From: Mytilus californianus
Lineage: Eukaryota
Direction of reading: 5' to 3'
DNA length: 64,000 nucleotides
Assembly: GCF_021869535.1 (NCBI RefSeq)
Contig: NW_026262690.1
Location: forward strand, 79,918,001 to 79,982,000
In this document: in pieces, positions 25,931 through 39,400 of the stretch
How the letters are laid out: each line of letters starts with the position of its first letter
Position numbering within the stretch: the first letter of the stretch is position 1
Notes under the pieces: generated by a model
What the model saw: only the letters and a program-made list of their open reading frames with translations
The model's database searches: none
Told to the model about the DNA's origin: nothing
Made by a program: the position numbers and the translations under genes

Positions 25931-28900
25931 ATTTAAAACAAAACTTATATGAAAATTGGAATGACATCTTACACACAGGAGTGAAAAAAGGTTTAAAAAA
26001 TGATATTCTACATTTTGGCAAAGTATAAGAAAATTCTATCTTGGGAAATATTTAATGATGATACACCATAACTATTATTTGTGAACTACCAATGTATCTT
26101 TTATAATTTAATTGTTATGCTGTAATTATTGTGAAATTGTTATATTTTGAGAGTATGCACCTTGAGGGTCCATGATGTCTCTTTATATTTTTTTTTTTTT
26201 TTTTAATTTTTGTACTTGTATTTGCATTTGTTTTTGAAATGTGACAGCTGGTATCATTCCTGTATTGGAATTTACACCAATAAAATTATTTGATTTGTGT
26301 TTTATATAAATTCTTTTAAGAGTAATGGTAATATAAAATTATATCCTGCAATGTAAGGTACAACTTGACACATCCTTGATCCAGGATCAATATTAGTTTA
26401 AATCTACCCAGTTGTTCCAAATTAAAGTGGCGATATTTGAAAAAATTATCATAATTAAGGCCTTTGTGAAAACTACAGCAATACTTAAGGTGTTCATCTT
26501 GTGGAGATTCTTGGTGGGATCAATGGATGCATTAATTTGAAAGCCAAACATTTGTTATAAAGTTGTCAGAGAGACAGCAAACCGGATTTTCCTGCAGAGG
26601 TCGAACCCTGAACAGTTGAGCAAGTATGGACACAACATTTAAACTTAAAACAGCTCTGAATTTGGATTGTGATTGAATATTTGATACAGCATAGGTTTGT
26701 GAAACAAAATAAATGTGGTCAAAGAACTGTAAAATTTGAAATCGGACATTTACCTATCATGGTCCAATATCCAAAATCTATGTACATTGCTAGAATCAGC
26801 ATATCAAGGAACCCCAAGAATTCAATTTTTGATGAAATACTTCTTAGTTAAACTGTTTCTGTTCAAAGGGAAATAACTTTATTTCCATGAACCAATAATG
26901 TAAATCTAAAATTAGATATGATTTAACTATAGTTCTCTAAAAAAATTAGATATGATGTAATTAGATATGATGTTAAATTTATTTTCAAATTATAATCATA
27001 TATAATTAATAGTTTTCAAATAAATCTGTCACTACAATTATAATTGGGTGATTGACAATTACCAAATGGTGTGTTATCTTGATAAAAGGTGAAAATCATT
27101 TAAAAACACTTAGTGTAATCAAACTTTATATATATAGTTAATAGTTCCCAATATTTTTTCTTTCATTTGTAACAAACTAATAAAGATCTGCAACTTATCT
27201 ATGAAATTCTACAACTTTATCAACACAATGTAATGTAATGAAATATATCCTTTAATACAAATAGATTATTATCTAATGAATTTGCAAATCTGGAACAGGA
27301 TCAAGTAAAAATTAAAATAAACACACACTCAGACAATTAGTTTATACAGAATAACAAACAAACCTACCACAAAATTGTTCAAACAATTTACCAAAGAAAA
27401 GAAAAAAAATTCCAAAATGTCATTTATCATTAATACAATGTCTTTTAAAAATCTTTTTAAAAATGAGTTATTTCCCTTCGTACAGAAATGGATTAATTCA
27501 TCAAAAATTGAATTCTTGGAAAAGGGCTATAACTGACTAACGAGAAAAGCTAAAATCGTGAAAATTGAACTTGGCCTTCATTTAGTCACAGGAAACAACA
27601 TATCTAAATTTGAAAAATTTCTTCAAAGCGTTTTCATGTAAATGAACAGACCCACCCATCTGCCCGCCCGTCCGCCCGCCGTACATCGCCAAATCAATAA
27701 CCGATTTTTTACCTTGAAAATCTGGTTAAAAATCAATCAAGCTTTGATAATATCTTAAGAATTTTTTCCTTTGAAGTATCTGGTATATGGTATATCTTTA
27801 TTACTCTGTAAAACTTATCTATCATTTGTCTAGAATAATGGTAACTTAAACTAACTATTTGACCAACATCCATGTAAATCTAAATTGTTGTTCAATATAC
27901 TTGTTTTTGCGATTGCAATCAGAACTTTGTTGTCTTCAGGTATCTTTTTAAAGTTTTGATATCTTTTATATCCAATGAGCTAATCAGTAAGTTATCTCCT
28001 TTTCATAAAAATGTTATCTAACTTTTGTTTAGACTGCTGTTAACCTATCATTTAAAATCAAGTTATTGAACTAACACTCAACAAAGAAAACATGGGCTGT
28101 ATTTAAGAGGCATGATACCAACAACAGGACTTAATAGACATGTATATAGTAGACTGAAATTTCAGTTTGTTTGATAGAAATCTAAGACAAGTGGGAACAA
28201 TCTGGATCATTACTGCTAAAATCAGGTCATTTGGCAGGTATGAGCATCCTCTTTATTATCCCATATGGTGTAATAATAAAATTACATGCATGTTTCATAA
28301 GAATCTGTTATTTTCATTGGTAGACATCAATCAGGAGGCATTCCAATATTTCCAAATAAAATGCAACCTTCATGTCTGTTCCTGCTTCACATGACAACAT
28401 CACAACAATACACAGGAAAGCAAACAAAAAGAAAGATAAACTCGTTATTTTATGGTTGTAGCATAAATTGTAATTTTAAGAATTAATGCTTCTTTTATTT
28501 TATAGGGTTGTTATTGTGTTGATCCTGCACACATTTTTAGTATGAAGCGCTTCTGCCAACTTGGTGCCAAACATAAAAATTAAACTCTGATTTGCAAGTG
28601 ACATTTTTTAAATATGCATCAATGTAAAGAACCTACATTTTATGTGCCTGTCCCAAGTCAGGAACCTTGTCAATAGAAGTATATCATATCTCAATACTTT
28701 TTGCTATTTGGAGAATTGGGTATTGATGTCACATCTTTGGGTGTTCCTGTTAAATTCATTCAAAACTTATATCAACTTTGGATGATTTAGAGCTTGAAAT
28801 ATTGTTGACACCTGCTTATTGTTGAAGACAATATGTTGCTCTCTAAATGTATTTTGGTTGTTTTTTTTCATTGGGTTGCTGTCTGATTTACATATACTTC

Positions 28901-29189
28901 ACATCTCCCTTTATTTGTATCTGCAGATCTATAAGTGAGTCATACATTACAGCCTACCAATACAAAGCTTGGTGAACAAAATATCAAGAAGCTCTGGACT
29001 GTAATTGTTTAGAATAATGTGATGAAAACTTCTTATATATGCATCAACCATTGTCGATGTGAAAAACATACATGTTTAGGGCAAACAGGAAGTAGAAAAG
29101 TGACAGATCTGTAAATGTGTCACATGGTACAGTTCTCCAATATGAAGCTTGGTATTAATTATCAAGAAGCTGATTTGCATTTGCATAGA

Positions 29190-29938
29190 AACAAGCATTC
29201 TGAGAGTATTGCATGGCAATACATAGTCCCCTACCGGTTAAAAATTAATTGTACAGGAACAAAATGCTAACTTGATCTATAACTTGTCATGGTGTAAACT
29301 ATATAACAAATATCAAGTCAATATCTTCAAGCATGACGAAAAAAAGTGCGGAAAACTGATAATTTAAGTGAATTTTCTAAGTCCAAGGACCATAACTCTG
29401 CAAAAAATCATCAAACCGAAACAAAATTCAAATTTGGTCTGTAACTTGTCATGATAAAACTATATACCAATTATCAAATCAATATTTTCAAGCATGACGA
29501 AAAAAAGTGCGGAAAACTGATTATTTGAGTGAATTTTCTAAGTCCAAGGACCATAACTCAGCACAAAATCATCAGACCGGAACAAAATTCGAACTTGATC
29601 TGTAACTTGTCATGATAAAACAATGTACCAATTATTAAATCAATATCTTCAAGAATGACGAAAAAAAGTGTGGAAAACTGAATATTTTAGTGAATTTTCC
29701 AAGTCCAAGGACCATAACTCTGCACAAAATTATCAGACCGGAACAAAATTCGAAACTGATCTGTAATTTGTCATGATAAAACAATACGCCAAATATTAAA
29801 TCAATATCTTCAAGCATGAAGAAAAAAGTGTGGAAAACTGATTTGCCGGACTGACAGAAGGACAGACGGACAGGCAGACAGACAGACGGAGTGCAAACCT
29901 AAAGTCCTCTTCGACTTCGTCAGTAGAAGACTAAAAAA
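29190..29938 (+). mobile_element. HINE-like family 3 with 161-bp tandem units
   Basis: The unit marker caag(c/a)atga(c/a)gaaaaaa recurs at 29328, 29489, 29650 and 29811, followed by a GACA/GGAC microsatellite and a 3' palindromic end before an A-run. Confidence 0.7.
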
Positions 29939-30159
29939 TGACCGAAATGTTTTATGGACAAGTACATGAAAGGACAGATAGAAAGAGTAAGCTAGTATAT
30001 CCACACCATTGAATAGGGGTATAAATATTTTTAGCCTTTTCTAGTCGACTTAGCAACAATTCAATTTCCAAGTTTCTAGTCTTTAAAATTAATTCGCATA
30101 GGAAAAGATCCAAGTTTGACATATTATGAAAAACACATGATATCATTTTTTATAATTTG

Positions 30160-30165
30160 TTTATT
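30160..30165 (-). terminator. Candidate polyadenylation signal of ALDH6A1
   Basis: AATAAA on the minus strand about 330 nt after the stop. A second AATAAA overlaps the stop codon. Confidence 0.35.
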
Positions 30166-30496
30166 TACAAATGTGTATGTGTATAAATATTTCATTCATC
30201 ATTTAAAAAAATAAATGATAAAAGTATCATATAAATTTCATAACAATTCTGTATAATCTGATAAATACACAAAATGCAAATGCTTATCACTTGTATAAAT
30301 CTCAATAAAATACATATTCAAATGTATATATTAATAACACTTCAAAAATAAGAAATTTTGTTCAAGTGAGCAAGTCTGGAAACATTATGACTACCATCAA
30401 CTTAAGTTTTCTAATTCAACAATGCCCCATCTAAGCATATCTGATTATAACAGTTTACCACAATCCCAAAATTAAAAAAAATTATGCAATGTTTGT

Positions 30497-33400
30497 TTAT
30501 TTCATGATTGGCATGGCATATGGACTAGCTTTGGATGTTAAATCTGCATCATCGGATCTCCACATCTGAGTGACTGTTTTTAACTGTGTGTAAAAGTTCA
30601 CTCCCTGTAAAAGATATGGTATGTGTTTTACTATAAATCTACATTACAGACATTGTTAGTGAACATGCTATTAACAGTTACATGAAATATATTTGGATGA
30701 CCAATTAGCCGTTTTCTTTTTTCAATTTAATAATTTTGTTCTGATTATTTACATTTCAATTATATAAATATAACATTTTCCTATTTTACTTGTGTTTTAT
30801 GATTTTCTGTATTTCAAAGTAATCTTGTTTTAAGAAGAAATTTGTAAATGGTTTTGTTTTGTTTGATCCGATTAAAGGGAAGTATTTAAATTTCTGATTT
30901 GTTCACTCATCATGGAAATATACACATGCAGGGACATTATGTCCTCGTTTTTGGAAAAGGTTGCTGTTTTCAGAAAAAGCAATAACTAAGCTTGCTTAAG
31001 AGTTCATTTTTTTCAAAAAAATTCAAAAACATCTGTAAATTTCAAAATTAAAAACATTTTGTGGTTTCATTCAAAAGTGTCGGTAAATGGTCTTCCTAAC
31101 CATGAAATATTAATAAGATTTAATCATTAATCATTAAATCAATTTAATAAATTGAGAGTATCATCTGCTCAATAAGAGTTAAATTTTCTTTAATTTTTAA
31201 TGACATGAGCATCTTACTTTCATAAGCGGCTTTTCTGCTTTTATTTGATATAAAATTGCATGCTTTTCATGATTTGTTCATTCAAACATACTATTTGTTG
31301 TTTTTTATTATGATTATTGGATAGTTTGTTTTACAATTTGTCTATAATGAAGGTAATCTGGAATTGTTGGAAATATTACGAGTGATTTCAATGAATTGGG
31401 TTATCTTTTATACATGTATACCGAATCGCTAACTTTACATCTGTTGGCTTCTTTCGAATATTTAATAACAAAAATCCTCACACAAGAAACCTGTTTTTTG
31501 TTACATGTACTACATGTATTAATTAGAAATAATGTATGAATATAACTTCTGGTAACACTTTATATGTTTAAACAATAATTCCAAACGGAGTTCCTGTTAA
31601 TTCATGATGGTAACTGGTACTAGACTTGTAAGAGTACTTTATATTGATTGCTATAAATGATATATGTAATACTTACAGCTTTTCCATAGAAGTTTTGGTC
31701 ACCCTTGAATGATCCTCTAGAACCGGTGAAGGAGAACATGGGTAATGGAACTGGGATAGGTACATTGACTCCAACCTGTTTATAAAAAGATTTTTAGATA
31801 AATGTAAAGAGAGAACATAAACTAATAAAGTTGAATTGTTTATAGAAAACCTTGTGTCTTTCTGTTGAGAAAGACGCTGTCAGTTTATCATCAGTACAAC
31901 ACAATAACAGTTTATTGTCATATAATAGATCACTAGCATTGTACATATAAAATGTATAGACACAAGTAAAATATTCACAAATATTTGAGTAACAGTTGTG
32001 AACCATTTATAAGAAGCAATAATTTTTTTGGAAATTTCTAAGTTCTTAAATATCTTCACTAAATAGAGCATCACAGCTAAAGTGTTCATTTTTTGTTTAT
32101 TTGCATTCCTGAAACAAATGATATAGATGTTCAATGGCTTGGCACACAATCTACAATCTAAATCATTTAAACATTCTGTGTATTGAAAATTTAAAAACCC
32201 AGTTGTAATGATTTACAATGTTTTCTCTATCTTGAAACTACCAAAGGAAGTTATAGCAATGACAAATACAGAACTTGTTCACTCTGAACGATGTTAAGAA
32301 GTAATCAATCAACTGGAAGAAATGTTATATTATATGCTTTAGTCTTCCCTTTACAACGCTGATCAAGAATGTACTAAACTATGTAGAATACCACAGCTTA
32401 TTTTTGATAGTTTGCATACCTGTAATAAATGATATAGGTTTTCAATGGGTTGAGCACACAATCTGTAATCTAAATCCTTCAAACAGTTTTTTTTTAATAT
32501 TTTTACACAGGAACATATTAAATCTCCCCATGTATTGAAAATAAAAAAAAAACAGTTTTACTGATTAAGTTTGTATTCTCTACCTCAAAACAACCAAAAG
32601 ATGTTATAGCTATGAAAAATATATAACTTGTTCACTCTGAATCACATTAAAAGGTAATCGATCAGCTTGAAGAAATATTATATGTTATGCTTGTCTTTAT
32701 TTTACATCTCTGATCAAGGATGTACTTAACTTTACAGAACAGCTTTTAAATCTGTTTCTAATTTTATTTATAAACTAGAAAACAAAGGACATCTCACATA
32801 GCAGTAATATAATCTGGTTCTACTATTTTGGTATGAAGACTTTTTGACCCCAGTCAATGACAAATATAACATCTATGCCTCAGTAATAAAGGCAGCTACT
32901 GCCTTTATAAAAATGCTTTTACCATAGTTTGACAAAAATGATATTAAAAAACAAACAACATCCAATCTAATACATACCTGTCCAACATCAGTATCCATTG
33001 TAAACTTTCTGGCTGTAGCACCATTGTTAGTAAAGATTGCTGTTCCATTTCCATAGGGATTAGCATTAATCACGTTAATAGCATCATCTAATGTTTCAAC
33101 TTCCATACTGACCAACACTGGGCCAAATATTTCTTCTGTGTAACATTTCATTTCAGGCTGTAAAAATACAATCATTACACATTTGTCATGAATTTGAGTA
33201 TCAATAATTATGTGCAAATTATAACAATAGTATTGATATATTTTATATTTTTTTATCATGAAGAGAACTTTTGTTTCATTTTGCAAAGAATGAGCAAAGA
33301 TGGTAAATTCAATTGTCACAAGTAAATGATAATTTTAAATATTAAGGACACAGAAATAAGTTTGCACTTATATTCCTTTGAGTTGCTAATAGTTGAAAGA

Positions 33401-36400
33401 TCTTCAAATAGAAATGATGCAATGCATTTTAAATATATTACAAATTCTAAAAGTACTTTCAAAGAAAATTAATATTTCAGTGTAGACTTTTCTTCATATA
33501 TATCATGTAAATGCTCAATAAAATTGGAAATGCCCTAAAAATATTGATTTATTACAAATTCTCAAAACTACATCGGCTTAATTTGGAAAGTTATATTGAA
33601 CATTAAGAAAGTATCACTCAAGAAGTTGAAATATTGAGAGCCGTCAAATTCTGAACAAATTCATATTTACGCTGAAAAATGTACTGTACATTGTCATTTT
33701 CAATTAATCAGCATAAACAAATTCTACTTTATGCATACTGTTAACCAACTTATTTTTGCAGATATATTTTTACGTTTTTAGCCTTAGTCAGCCAACTTCA
33801 AAGCGATTTGTTATCAATATTTTCTTACTTTGCTGTGTATTCATATTAGAGTGATCCAAGTTTTTTTTTTTACTATTTTTATTCACATTTTCCCTACTTA
33901 TGAAAATGGCAAACTTGATTTAGTTTACAGAATACTACTGTTTAGTTAATTAATGTTTTACCTTAACATAGTGCATAACAGTAGGTCCAACAAAGTTTCC
34001 CTGTTCATAACCCTTGACTGTTATATCTCTACCATCTAGCAAAAGTTGTGCTCCTTCATCAATACCACTCTGAACCAAGTCACAAACTCTTTTCTTAGAT
34101 TCAGGTGAAATGAGTGGTCCTATGTCAGCATCTGGTTCATTTCCTTTTAATAAAATAAACTATTGTCACAGAGATATGTTTCATCTTATACTGTATGTAC
34201 TGGTAATTCTTTTGAATAATGCAAATGTTGAAATAAAAGTTGCAACACTTCAAAAATTGAAAAACTTTCAAAGTCAATGGACCATGACTGAGAGTGCAGG
34301 GTCAAATGATCTCCATGGAAATGAGATGGTACAATTCTTATACAACTGCATCATAAATATCCTTGACTTGCCATTACTGTTTCCCGTAAAACTGACCTTA
34401 TCAGAAATTTTACATGTTAACTGTGCAGAAGATTCAAAATCAATTTACCATGACTGAGGAGAAAGGACAAATTAATCTCATAGGATATCAGATGTGACAC
34501 TGCTAATATAACTGCAAACCAAATATCATTGACTTACCATTAATGATTCTGACATTTTAAAAGAGAACTAATCACAACTTTAAATAATTGTAAACACTGC
34601 CACCAATGCGACCAGAAACACCTGATGACTTTGGCGCAAGCAAGACAATAATATTAGATTAATTGTACAAGTACTATTGTGCTACATTAAATCCAAAAAA
34701 AATATGGTTTGGCACATCAAGTTCAACATGGCTTACAAAATGCAAAAAATAAGCAGAAATGATCAAAAACTTGTTTATACTTTGGTCCACATCTTCCATT
34801 ACACTGTGTGAGGCATAAGTTTGTTAAAGTGAACAAGATCCACCAAAATTGTTGTACTTCAAACTGAATTTACCAAAATTTCTTCATGTCATTGATCTCC
34901 ATATTAGTAATCTAAATGTCTAAAAAAAAAGATTGCAACAAGAAAGAAGTTCAAATACCAGAGAGATATTGACTTCAGAAAACTTATTAAACAGGGCACT
35001 CAGTCTCTCTAAAATCAGAAACATATCCTTTTGAATAAAACACCTCAAAATGTTTTCTTGCCCTATTTACTTCATATCCTGGATCCATTTGTTAAGATGA
35101 ACCTTAAAGGAATTATTTGTAAGAAAATATTTTTCTCGTTTAAAATTTGGAGGAAATTATTTTTTGGCACAAAAAATTTTGTTCACACATATGACATTTT
35201 TTTTACCATACAACTTTATTGCAAAATTTGTAATTTTTCCCAAATGAAATAATTTTGAAATTTTTACCTTCATTTTTTTATCAATTTTTTTTTTTTTTTT
35301 TTTAAATAAATAAATTTCACATAATTTTTTTTAACATTTTTTCTTTGAATAAAGCAAATAGTCACAAACTAAGCTACCTGTGTTCTATGATTACACAATA
35401 TAGTATCAATTTAAACCTTGCACTTTTACTCAGTCAGTTTTGTCCACGAATAACAATGCTTTATCCTATATTTTGTACAAGGTAAATGGCATGAAGCCAA
35501 TTTTATCAACTCCTATTGTTCAATGGAATAAACTGACCTTTCAATTCTCAAGGATAAATATATATTTTCTAGGCTAATATGGTGTCTTCCTCCTATTCCC
35601 ACTTTTTAAAAATCACTATTCCTTCTATTCCCACATGCAAATAACAATAGATGTTTTGATAAATAATTTGTTTTTATAACAATCAAGGTTAATTAAAAAT
35701 TCACCTAAGATTTAACTGTATTTTTTAAAAGAAAACATATTTCTTACACTGTTTAAGTGTTATTTAAAAAAAAATTAATTTAATACACTGTTTATTTGTA
35801 ATATGTTATTTCTTCTTCAAAGAATTACTTAAAAATAAAGAATAAGTCAGATAAATAGAAGAAAGATAAAAAAATCATTGAATTTGTAAACTTAAAAAAT
35901 TGTCATCCAAACAAATGAATTGATGATAGATAATATTATAACAAACTTTCCAATCTTGCAAGATTTCCATATACAACGTACTACCGAAGGTGACCCATTC
36001 CTGCTAACAGATGACAACACAGTTGGGCGTATGTTAATCTTCAGTACTCAAAAGAATCTAAAACACTTAGCAGCTGCAGATATCATATATGGTGATGGTA
36101 CATTCTACTCCTGTCCGAGCCAATTCTTCCAACTTTACACATTTCACGCAATGGTTGACGGCGCAATGTGTCCACTGGTACACAGTTTACTTCCAGCCAA
36201 GAGCGAACTAGTATACACAAGGTTCCTGACTTTACTCAAAGATATATGCCACCAACACCAACTACAATGCAGCTTCAGCCTACCACTATCTTCCTGGACT
36301 TTGAAGTCGCCATCCAAATGGCGGGATATTCTGCATTTCCTGGCATCAACGCAAAAGGCTGTTTTTTCCACTACACACACTGCATATGGAGAAAAGCACA

Positions 36401-39400
36401 AGAAACATGGATTCAGGTTCCATACAAGGAAGACAACAACATTCATCAACTAGTATGCCGTGCCGCTGTCCTTCCACTTGTGCCTACTGCTGAGGTCGAA
36501 GATGTGTGGTTTAATGCCCTAACCGACATAGATCAGATTGATACTAACATCAACTACACGCCCTTTACAGACTATGTAACAACATACTGGGTCGAACAGA
36601 ACAGTCACCTTTGGGATCATTACACAACACAGGGACCGAGGACTACACATCGTCTAGAGGGATGGCACAGCAAGCTGAAGAAACATGTCCAGCACCCACA
36701 TCCAAACATCTTTAAACTCATAAAACTACTGAAACATTAGGAAGCTTTCAACGCCCTGACCATGATCCAGTATGCAGCCGGTGGGAAGAGAGTGGCTCAA
36801 AAACGAAAGTATGTCGAAATCAACAACAAATAAGAAAGGCTTAAGGTTAGACACCGTAACTTGGAAGTCACAACAGTACAGTTTGGTGATGCAGCCTCCC
36901 ACCTTCTTCACGTTGAAGAGATTAATAAACTTTAATAGACTTATATACAGTGAATTTCTAATGTGTGTGCTACAATGTGTGATTTGTTTTAGTGCTGTTA
37001 ATTTGTATTGTTTGTTTCATATTGTAATGCTTGCTTGAATCTACTGTTGAATTTGTGTTATAAAAGAAATAAAATAATTAACTTATATTTGTTTCCATTT
37101 TTTTCATTTTTATCTTAATTAAAAACACAGAAATTATACACATACAAAAATTACCCATCCCAAAAAACACTTGTCAATTAAAAATTGATTAAACAATGTT
37201 TATACAGTATAATCCTTTGTTTGAACAAGTTTTCCCCCTATTCCCACTTGAAATTTTAACTTTTCTTACCAGATTTATAAAAAGTGGGAATAGGAGGAAT
37301 GAACCGCTAATATACCATCTAAATGTCAACATAGAATTGAAACTTGACTGGTATAGGTGTTTTTCAAGTGACTATAAAGGTATGATACTCCTTTTGGACT
37401 CATTTTTAATTCAAATGTGTTATATATGTACTATAGTGATGAATCATAGTAATATTAAGGAGTTATCTAAATCAATCAAACAGGGACAATAAAGTGTTGG
37501 ATTCAAGTTGTATAACAAAACATCACAATGTTGAGATAAAAAACTACAAACTACATCTTTTTAATGGATCTTTAATTTTTCATAATTGGAATGGAATTTT
37601 GTCTTCAAGGAAGCTAATATTACATAATATTTTGTAAATTGTTAAAAGTATACTACAATTTTCATTAGACATGAAAAAAGGCTTACACCAACCTGCATTA
37701 ACTTTCAGTTTTTTGGCCTTCTCTATAAGTTCTGGTATCCATTCCTTTGCCTCTCCAACAAAAATTGCTGTAGACAAAGCCATACATCTTTGTCCTGCGG
37801 CTCCAAAGGCTGCACCTATCAACTAAATATCAATATTGTAAAAGTTTCACTTACAGTGTATATATGTGGAGGTTGAAAAGTGTTTTCCTGTGCTTGAGAT
37901 GTATGTCCTTATATTTTTATAGTTATGGTCTATTTATTCTTGAGATAATTTCTGTTATTTGTGTGCTACTTCTTTTCTTTCTTTAGGCCAGTTTGCATAT
38001 TGAAACTAATATGCAGTTCATCTAATAAATTTGCCCCATTCATATGTACTTTCCTGCCAAGGTATCTAACATATATTATGACAAGCCTCACATTAATCTA
38101 GTTTGTATAGAACTTGTAAATTTTACAATGAAATTTTCCGACTATTTATGTCAGCATTGGTTGTATATCTTTGCCAGTTTTATTCGTAATTTGTTGATAT
38201 TACCCTGCAACTGTCTCCTTCAATGCACAGATGTAGAGTGATCCACATCTAGAAAGGAATTGTACTCAAACTGGTGCTAGGGGCTGTCTTAAACTTGCAG
38301 GGAGGAGAATTTTTGTTCTATTTTGAAGGCCTCCGTGACTTTGAGACCAGGAACAGCAATAAAAGCTTTGTTGTTTTTTTTATTGTGCGCATATTGATTT
38401 TGCGTCAAGAATTTATACACCATGTCAAATTTTGAATCCTATGTATTTTGTTTTCCTCATAACATTTTTAGAAATTCTTTCACTTTTGAAAGAATGATTT
38501 GGATAATTCTTAATTGCTATATGCAAAAATGATAAGAATTCTACACATCTAAGAAGTGTTTTTCAAATAGCCTTATTTGACACAACAAAAACTAACCTGA
38601 TTCAGTGTGTTTTCTTTGTTAGCATCTGGCATAATTACTCCATGATTTTTGGCTCCCTGTAAAAAAATTGATCTTTACTACATCTTCATATAAAAATTTT
38701 AATGCAGCAGCTATATTAAACAAAATGACATCAGTCTTTTCAAGCATACATATTTTAATAACAATCTCTACGGTAGAGTGAAAGAAACTTTGTAAAATGT
38801 AAAGAAATTTCTTTCACATGAAATGAACAATGTTGTTTAAGTTACAATTTTGTAATGCATTATAAAACAATTCTATATTAATTCATAATTGCACTAGCAC
38901 TTTGAATTTCAATAACAAAAAACAAAAAAACAATTTTCCTCGCAACTGATCAATTCCATCTTAATTTTATCTTTATAAATTATTTATACAATTGATATGT
39001 ATTGAAATTACGTTATATTTATCTATTTTTTTATTTTTTCCCTTTTTGATATTTTTGCACCCTATTATTCTGTAGTCTAATTGTTTTGGGGTCCATTTTT
39101 ATCTTCTTTTTTTTGGCGATTATTCTATGTATTGTGTTAACCTCATTCAGAGCCTCATCTCTATAGACATGAGGTTTCAAATACTTTTTTAACTTAACTA
39201 AACTTACCATATTTGACTGGACTCTCTTTCCATTCTTTGATCCTCTCTCATATATGTAACTTCCCTAAAATTAAAATGATTCTGGATTATTTTGTCATTT
39301 TCAATTTAAAAATATATATTGTGAATAATTATTAAAGCCTCTGATTTTATTTGACAAAGGTAATTTTTACTGTTATAGATCTTGTTCTGTCATTTTAACA

